NCBI GenBank assembly: GCA_016933055.1
Contig: JAFGBS010000021.1
Span: forward strand, 1 to 32,000
Reading direction: 5' to 3'
DNA length: 32,000 nucleotides
Origin: Promethearchaeota archaeon
GTDB lineage: Archaea > Asgardarchaeota > Lokiarchaeia > Sigyniarchaeales > Promethearchaeaceae
Shown here piece after piece: positions 26,157-32,000 of the stretch. The notes beneath the pieces were generated by a model. That model saw only the letters and a program-made list of their open reading frames with translations, had not been told where the DNA came from and did no database searches. The position numbers were made by a program, and so were the translations under genes. How positions within the stretch are numbered: the first letter of the stretch is position 1; every line of letters starts with the position of its first letter.

Positions 26157-27884
26157 TTAATTCAATTTAATATAACGATGCTCTACCAATAGATTTATCA
26201 CTTTATTCTTACATTCTTCAACGGATTGCTTATGGGTTTCCAGTATTAATTCAGGATTGGTTGGTTCCTCATAGGGATCACTAATACCTGTGAAATTCTT
26301 GATTATTCCGTCTCGAGCTTTCCTATATAATCCTTTAATATCCCTTTTTTCACATTCTTCCATGGGACATTTGACATATATCTCTAGAAAATTACCGATT
26401 AATTGTCGAATTTCATCCCGAATTGCTCGATAAGGAGCGATATTCGCCATAAGCACGATAATATTATTTCTGGTCAATAGATGAGCAACGTAACCGATTC
26501 TTCTAATATTTTTATCCCGATCTTCCTTTGTAAATCCCAAATCAGCAGTTAAATGCTGTCGAACTACATCTCCATCTAACCGTTCTATTAAATACCCTCG
26601 CTTTTTTAGATCTTGAACTACTGCTTTAGAGATTGTAGTTTTACCAGCAGAACTTAATCCAGTGAATAAAAGAGTGACTCCTTTTTGATCTAAAGTCTGC
26701 AATGTTCCATTTACGGCATTATTCAATAGTAGCGCAACTTCAGGTCTTGTATATTCTTCAGGTAGCATTCGCTTTTCTTTCAACATCTGACGCACGTTCG
26801 TTCCCGATAGATGACAATGTGCTTCACTTCCATGAGGACACGTGCGTTTAGTCGCCATTTGCTTACAAATTGTGCAATAAAATGCGCACTCCAACTTATA
26901 TGGTCTGATTAATAAATCGTTATCCGATATTTGATCAAAAATTTCTTGAGCATCATAAGGTCCATAGTAATTTCCTATTCCTGCATGATCTCTTCCTATT
27001 ATGATATGAGTGCATCCATAATTTTGTCTAGAAATTGCGTGCAAAAGTGCCTCTCGAGGTCCGGCATAGCGCATATACGCGGGATAAATACCTAAAATGG
27101 TTCTGTCTTTCGGATAATATGAGTTTAGTATGGTAATGTAAGATTCCATTCTGACTTGAAAGGGAATATCTTCCTTACTGGGTGTGCCCACAAGAGGATG
27201 TACTAACAATCCGTCGATAACTTCTAATGCTATTTTTTGAAGATATTCATGTGCTCGATGGATAGGATTACGAGTTTGAAAGGCTACGATGGAAGTCCAT
27301 TTCTTCGACAGAAAAAAGTCTCGAGTTTGTTTGGGGGTGAGGTGATATTGACCATAATTTCTTTGTGGGAAATTCCCGATTTGAATCACTTTTCCTCCTA
27401 AGTACACGTTCTTTTTTGTCATAAGATGCGCAACACCAGGATGAGCAATGTCATCAGTACCGTATACTTTAAGTGCTTCAAGTTGTTTATTCGGAGTATA
27501 GATATCTGAAATCTTCAACACTCCGATAGAAGAATTCTTCCAAGTAAGATTTATCTCATCATTTATTTTAATTTGGTCTGCAAATGCTTTATCTACGTCT
27601 AATGTTACTGGAATCGGCCATAAAACTCTGTTGGATAGGCGCATGTTGTTTATAACGTCAGAATAATCCGAATTTACCATGAATCCCGTAAGGGGAGAAT
27701 ACACACCAGTAACAATGCATTCCAAATCGGCTATTTGGAACTCATTTAATCCTAATTTGGGTGAATTTTGTATTCTTTCCAAAATATTATCGCGTTCAAT
27801 TTCATTTAAGATAACGGATTCAACCAATAATCCACCATGAGGTGGTATTATGTCACCACTAGAATTCTTAAACCATACAGTCAT
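26157..27884 (-). CDS. sat: Bifunctional ATP sulfurylase / APS kinase (Sat-CysC, PAPS synthesis)
   Basis: Sat motifs PHGG, WPIPVTL, QTRNPIHRAHE, AGPREA and GRDHAG. CysC motifs GLSSAGKTT P-loop, LDGD, KGLY and FTGISDPYE. Confidence 0.95.
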   Translation of the reverse strand: MTVWFKNSSGDIIPPHGGLLVESVILNEIERDNILERIQNSPKLGLNEFQIADLECIVTGVYSPLTGFMVNSDYSDVINNMRLSNRVLWPIPVTLDVDKAFADQIKINDEINLTWKNSSIGVLKISDIYTPNKQLEALKVYGTDDIAHPGVAHLMTKKNVYLGGKVIQIGNFPQRNYGQYHLTPKQTRDFFLSKKWTSIVAFQTRNPIHRAHEYLQKIALEVIDGLLVHPLVGTPSKEDIPFQVRMESYITILNSYYPKDRTILGIYPAYMRYAGPREALLHAISRQNYGCTHIIIGRDHAGIGNYYGPYDAQEIFDQISDNDLLIRPYKLECAFYCTICKQMATKRTCPHGSEAHCHLSGTNVRQMLKEKRMLPEEYTRPEVALLLNNAVNGTLQTLDQKGVTLLFTGLSSAGKTTISKAVVQDLKKRGYLIERLDGDVVRQHLTADLGFTKEDRDKNIRRIGYVAHLLTRNNIIVLMANIAPYRAIRDEIRQLIGNFLEIYVKCPMEECEKRDIKGLYRKARDGIIKNFTGISDPYEEPTNPELILETHKQSVEECKNKVINLLVEHRYIKLN

Positions 27885-28035
27885 ATTATGAATTCTTCAT
27901 CAGTGTTTAAGAGTGTTTCATTGCATTGCCCTTAGAATGAATTTAATGTTCAATCCAATTTTCTGGTTATTTAAATTACTATTGTGACACTTATTATTTC
28001 ATTATGGATTATGAAAAGAAGTAAGGAGAAAAAAA

Positions 28036-28491
28036 TTGAACAAAAAATCACTTGTGCGAAGATATGTCCAAAAAGATATGATTTTTCCAGCTCGAGTATT
28101 TCAAATAATGGCACGTTTGATGATGGTTGCGTTAGCAATTGAAGGAATAATCAGAATATTCTATAATTTTTTCACACAACAATTCAACCAACCTTCGAAT
28201 GCGATTTTCATATCAATTCTTGAATATTCAACTATTATATTCATGATAATGTTTTCATTGTATAATGAACCTTTAGGGTCGTTGTTTTGGATTATTTATA
28301 GCATTCTTGCATTTTTATTTCATTATTATGGTATAATGTTTTTTATACGCAGTAATTTAACGAATTGGGTATCTTTACTTTTTGGTTTAGTGATAGGGGT
28401 ATTCTTAATTCTTTCGTGGTTGGTAGAAGAGCGAGATCCCCTAAATAAAATCCGTCAACGATTAGATAATAAAGATTTTAGCTCAATTTGA
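28036..28491 (+). CDS. Hypothetical membrane protein, about 4 TM
   Basis: 151-aa ORF with hydrophobic helices; TTG start after an AAGGAG RBS. Confidence 0.7.
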   Translation: MNKKSLVRRYVQKDMIFPARVFQIMARLMMVALAIEGIIRIFYNFFTQQFNQPSNAIFISILEYSTIIFMIMFSLYNEPLGSLFWIIYSILAFLFHYYGIMFFIRSNLTNWVSLLFGLVIGVFLILSWLVEERDPLNKIRQRLDNKDFSSI

Positions 28492-28561
28492 TTCTCAATC
28501 ATCATCAGATTGAGTAGAAAAAGGATAAACCACGAGAAAAAATCAGAAGTACGCCAAACAT

Positions 28562-30109
28562 TCAAGCACTAACACTTTTAAAAGTCTGTTTCAATAAGTC
28601 TTCACTACCTAGAATCATTTTTACCACGTTTTCCGCTCCTGTCATTGCTCCTGTAACCCCACCATATGTTTCCGATTGAGACCCGATAAACCATAGATTG
28701 GATATAGGGGTCTTATGAGGGGGAGGGGGGATTTTTAGGTGGGGGACTGTTCCTCCAAAAGCATGAAGTTTCAAGTAGGTACGCTTTTGAAAATCAAAAG
28801 GCGTCAATACAACACGGATTTGTTCATGTTCGCGTAATCTCGGAATGAACTGTTCTGCCAGGTCCAACAATTTTTCTGCCCATCTATCCTTATCGTTCTC
28901 CCATGATCCATTAATCGGATTATTTGGCGCTATGGTATAAATAGAAATTGCATGATGATGGGGGGGAGCCATTTTGGGTGAATGCACCGATGGAATATAT
29001 ATAAGAAATCCGTCTTTTCCTTCATGATATATTCCTTTCTTGCATTGTTGAATGGATTGTTCTATATCATATGTGAGGTAGTAATAACATAATGCTGCAT
29101 TATTTTGATGAATTGATGGATCGTAATTCACACCAAGATGCACCATGAAAATGGTTTCGGTAGTGAATAAATCATTTACGTAAGTATCAACAAATTCTTG
29201 TGGAAGGTGCTCCTTTCCTACTAATTCTGAAAATAATTCTTTTGCCCCTCCACTAGATATTACAGCATCTACTTTTTCCTCTGTATTATCATTCAAAACA
29301 ATAGATTTTGCTTGATGACCATCAATGTTCAATTTGATAACAGCAGTATTTGTCTTGATTTTACCTCCAGATTGAAGTACAGCGTGTTTTAGCGCGTTTA
29401 CTAAAGAAATCATACCACCTCTAATAAAACTCCAAGACGAACGATGTTCATGAAAACCATAATCAAGAGGAACTCGTTCATCATATTGATTTTCAACATT
29501 CAATACGGGAATTAATAATCCAGGAAAGAATTTTGGTGAAATAACGTAATCTGCCAAAATTCCAGTATATACCGCTTTTAGCTTCTCGTTTGTGAAGTAT
29601 AAGTCCATAATCTGTTCGGCGCTGAAATCTTTTATTTTCCGTAACGGAAAAAACGTTCTGAGTTGTTTTAATTTCACTATTAGTCCTTTTCTGTTTTGTA
29701 ATGCAATTAAATCATGGATACGTTCGTACATGTCATAATACTTATCAAGTCCTGTTGAATCTTCAGGAAATAAGGACTTGAGTTGATTTTTACGCCAATC
29801 TCGGCCTTTATATTCTTTAGGTCTTTGAATACGAAAATCTGGAAAAAAATTTTCACGGTACGAGGGTATAATTTGGACCATTTCGGACACTCCTAATTTT
29901 TCAAGAATTTTTCTTCCTGGTTCACCATCACTCATATCCGGGATAAGCATCTGACCCCAATCCCATTTATATCCATCTTTTTCATAAGTAGCTGTGATTC
30001 CTCCGATTTTTTCATGTTGTTCATAGATAATTACTTCATGACCCGCTTTAGCACATAATGCACCCGCTGTTAAGCCGGCTAATCCTGATCCAATTATACC
30101 AATTTTCAT
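28562..30109 (-). CDS. FAD-dependent oxidoreductase, phytoene desaturase / retinol saturase family
   Basis: IIGSGLAGL dinucleotide-binding motif, E..EKIGG, GGMISL, FMVHLGV and C-terminal NLWFIG..GGVTGA; GAGGA RBS. Confidence 0.88.
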   Translation of the reverse strand: MKIGIIGSGLAGLTAGALCAKAGHEVIIYEQHEKIGGITATYEKDGYKWDWGQMLIPDMSDGEPGRKILEKLGVSEMVQIIPSYRENFFPDFRIQRPKEYKGRDWRKNQLKSLFPEDSTGLDKYYDMYERIHDLIALQNRKGLIVKLKQLRTFFPLRKIKDFSAEQIMDLYFTNEKLKAVYTGILADYVISPKFFPGLLIPVLNVENQYDERVPLDYGFHEHRSSWSFIRGGMISLVNALKHAVLQSGGKIKTNTAVIKLNIDGHQAKSIVLNDNTEEKVDAVISSGGAKELFSELVGKEHLPQEFVDTYVNDLFTTETIFMVHLGVNYDPSIHQNNAALCYYYLTYDIEQSIQQCKKGIYHEGKDGFLIYIPSVHSPKMAPPHHHAISIYTIAPNNPINGSWENDKDRWAEKLLDLAEQFIPRLREHEQIRVVLTPFDFQKRTYLKLHAFGGTVPHLKIPPPPHKTPISNLWFIGSQSETYGGVTGAMTGAENVVKMILGSEDLLKQTFKSVSA

Positions 30110-30216
30110 ATTTTATCCTCTCTAGTGTAGAAAATAAAAGTTTTCAATAACAATATTAGTTTTTTTATAATACCAAAAACATTTCGTTACATAGATTAAA
30201 TCTGAAGGGATTCTCT

Positions 30217-31467
30217 GTGATATCGAATAATCATGAAAAGGCGGAAAAATACATCCGGGGTATATCTATCAATGTATTATTAATGGGCTTTGTTTCCTTT
30301 TTTACAGATATCTCCAGTGAAATGATTACTGCTATCCTACCATTTTTTATTTTAAGTATTGCCGGAGGAAATATCCTTGCTCTTGGATATATTAGTGGGA
30401 TATCGAATGCAATAGCAAACATGGTAAAAGGACTGTCGGGATTCCTGTCCGACAAATTTAAGAAGAGAAAACCGTTCATCATCCTCGGATATTCCATATC
30501 AAATATCGCAAAACCTTTTATTGGGTTACAAAGATTCTGGTATGGAGTATTGGGGTTAAAGATAACGGATCGAATTGGGAAAGGTGTAAGGGTTGCCCCA
30601 AGAGATGCACTTATTTCCTACTATTCTGAAAAATCCGTACGTGATCACAAATTTAATAATAGTAGCAGATCTGGTATCAATTTTGGGATTCATCGGACTA
30701 TGGATACCTTAGGAGCGGTCACAGGTGCGTCCCTCGCAGCATTATTGATTTTTATTGGACTTTCATATGAAAACACGATATTGTTATCGATTATTCCAGG
30801 AGTATTTGCAATTGTTATTATCTTTTTTGTAAAGGATGTCCACCTAGAGGAATTTACAGAAACAGATAAAAAAGAACGAATACAGAAATCGGAAGATATT
30901 ACTCATCCGATGATTAAATTGATTATAATCCTATCAATAATGGAATTTGCAAGTGTAGATATTGCCTTTATTATGGTACGTGCTGGGGAATTAATAGGAA
31001 CAGGTGGAAGTCTTAGTATTGAATGGGTAATCTTATTGTACGCCATAACAAACATTATATATGCTTTGATGGCAACACCCGCAGGAAAACTCTCGGATAG
31101 ATTCGGTAAGCAAAGAGTAATCAGCGTTGGGCTTAGCATTTTATTTATAATTTCGCTATTGCTGATTTTTCCTCATACAAATTCGAGTTTCATTATTTTC
31201 ATTATATTTCCACTCTTTGGAATATATCTTGCCATAGTGGATACTTGTTCTAAAGCGTTCATTTCAGATCTGAGTGGAAAAAATAAGAAAGGAAAAGTGT
31301 ATGGACTCTATTATTTTCTCGTGGGAATGTTATCAATAATTGAGAGCATCTTATTCGCCTTTTTATATCAAAAATTTTCATATCAAATCGCTTTTGGGTT
31401 TTCAACTGCGTTGTTATTAGTATGTATTATCATTTTTGCGACTGCTGATTTTCAAATAAAAAAGTAA
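30217..31467 (+). CDS. MFS_1 transporter (MJ1317-like subgroup)
   Basis: SFFTDISSEM, GFLSDKFKKRK, DRIGKGVRVAPRDALI, HRTMDTLGA and GKLSDRFG; about 12 TM. Confidence 0.92.
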   Translation: MISNNHEKAEKYIRGISINVLLMGFVSFFTDISSEMITAILPFFILSIAGGNILALGYISGISNAIANMVKGLSGFLSDKFKKRKPFIILGYSISNIAKPFIGLQRFWYGVLGLKITDRIGKGVRVAPRDALISYYSEKSVRDHKFNNSSRSGINFGIHRTMDTLGAVTGASLAALLIFIGLSYENTILLSIIPGVFAIVIIFFVKDVHLEEFTETDKKERIQKSEDITHPMIKLIIILSIMEFASVDIAFIMVRAGELIGTGGSLSIEWVILLYAITNIIYALMATPAGKLSDRFGKQRVISVGLSILFIISLLLIFPHTNSSFIIFIIFPLFGIYLAIVDTCSKAFISDLSGKNKKGKVYGLYYFLVGMLSIIESILFAFLYQKFSYQIAFGFSTALLLVCIIIFATADFQIKK

Positions 31468-31489
31468 TAACCACACAGACAAGTGCAAA

Positions 31490-31619
31490 TTTACGATTGG
31501 AAAGATGATGAGAGCGTCATACATTTTTTCTAACCCACATTCAGTACTAAAACTACTTGTTCTTTGTTAATTTTTCTACATCTGGAGCAAATCGGGTTTT
31601 CAATTTTCCGACTTTCCAT
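31490..31619 (-). pseudogene. Possible frameshifted zinc-ribbon mini-gene remnant
   Basis: From ATG 31619: MESRKIENPICSRCRKINKEQ..., with SSFSTECG in an adjacent frame; together they resemble CxxC-x9-FCxECG. Confidence 0.25.
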
Positions 31620-31860
31620 CTCTTTTTTCTCACTCTCCACTTAAATATACTCAGCATTGATTCGAAACAGAGGTAAATCTGCTTAATTTATGAAAATGAG
31701 ATTTAATAAGTTTGCAGAGGATAAGTGAATACTAAGCACTGCATCTTTATAAGAATTGAATCCGAAATCGAAAATAATTGCTTTAGTGATACTTGTTAAT
31801 TGTCACGCATTCTCTTAGTAAATTTAATACGTACGATTTTCTCATAAAAATTCTTAAAAG

Positions 31861-32000
31861 TTGTTTCCTACGTGTTTTCTGAGCGTTCAACCATATTTTA
31901 ATATTTTTTTGGATACCCTACATTTGATAATACCTATCATTATGCAGATTCTCGCTTTTGTATGGATTAGAATAATCCTAAAGAAAGATCTTTATGAAAA
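31861..32000 (+). CDS. Possible start of a membrane protein running off the right edge
   Basis: Frame is open from 31858 to the window end, with the hydrophobic stretch LHLIIPIIMQILAFVWIRIIL. Start is TTG 31861 or ATG 31942. Confidence 0.35.
   Translation, partial: MFPTCFLSVQPYFNIFLDTLHLIIPIIMQILAFVWIRIILKKDLYE

Noticed and set aside
1653-31139. Numerous 60-160-aa ORFs nested in or antisense to major genes (e.g. 4803-5285, 6005-6466, 15703-16038, 21037-21357, 24895-25227)
   Set aside because: Fully overlapped by well-supported genes; no motifs or RBSs.
31783-31998. Minus-strand frame of about 70 codons interrupted only by two TAGs
   Set aside because: Shadow of the plus-strand candidate ORF (its CTA Leu codons); the translation has no recognisable features.
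1-32000. CRISPR arrays, tRNA/rRNA genes, transposases, integrases
   Set aside because: No regularly spaced repeat-spacer units, no tRNA T-loop/cloverleaf signatures in intergenic DNA, and no recombinase motifs seen by eye.

Overview
AT-rich window of mostly ordinary heterotrophic metabolism. By inference it is archaeal and probably Asgard/Lokiarchaeia-like: GGTGA/GAGG ribosome-binding sites, TATA-like boxes, oligo(T) terminators, and membrane proteins with zinc ribbons. It has about 27 genes: membrane-fused alpha/beta hydrolase, wHTH regulator with a divergent MFS pump, ADP-forming acyl-CoA synthetase alpha subunit, cysE-cysK, M29 aminopeptidase, alkaline phosphatase, GH13 and GH3 glycosidases, K+-independent H+-PPase, two SDRs, sulfotransferase, GNAT, atypical M24 hydrolase, beta-keto-acid cleavage enzyme (DUF849), Sat-CysC fusion, phytoene-desaturase-family oxidoreductase and a second MFS. 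I saw no rRNA, tRNA, CRISPR array or transposase. The ORF track missed two genes: a membrane protein with an acidic repeat running off the left edge (1-615, minus), and a cold-shock protein gene (6812-7069) interrupted by an in-frame TAG at its conserved Trp. The best leads are: (1) that amber-interrupted csp; (2) a divergent M24/SDR/GNAT versus BKACE/GH3 cluster that looks like an uncharacterised catabolic pathway; (3) a dispersed PAPS/sulfotransferase system; (4) a GC-elevated, hairpin-rich non-coding island at ~915-1125; (5) a tail-anchored AN1-like zinc finger; (6) a clear tandem operator at 4085-4134. All calls come from motif recognition by eye; no searches were run.
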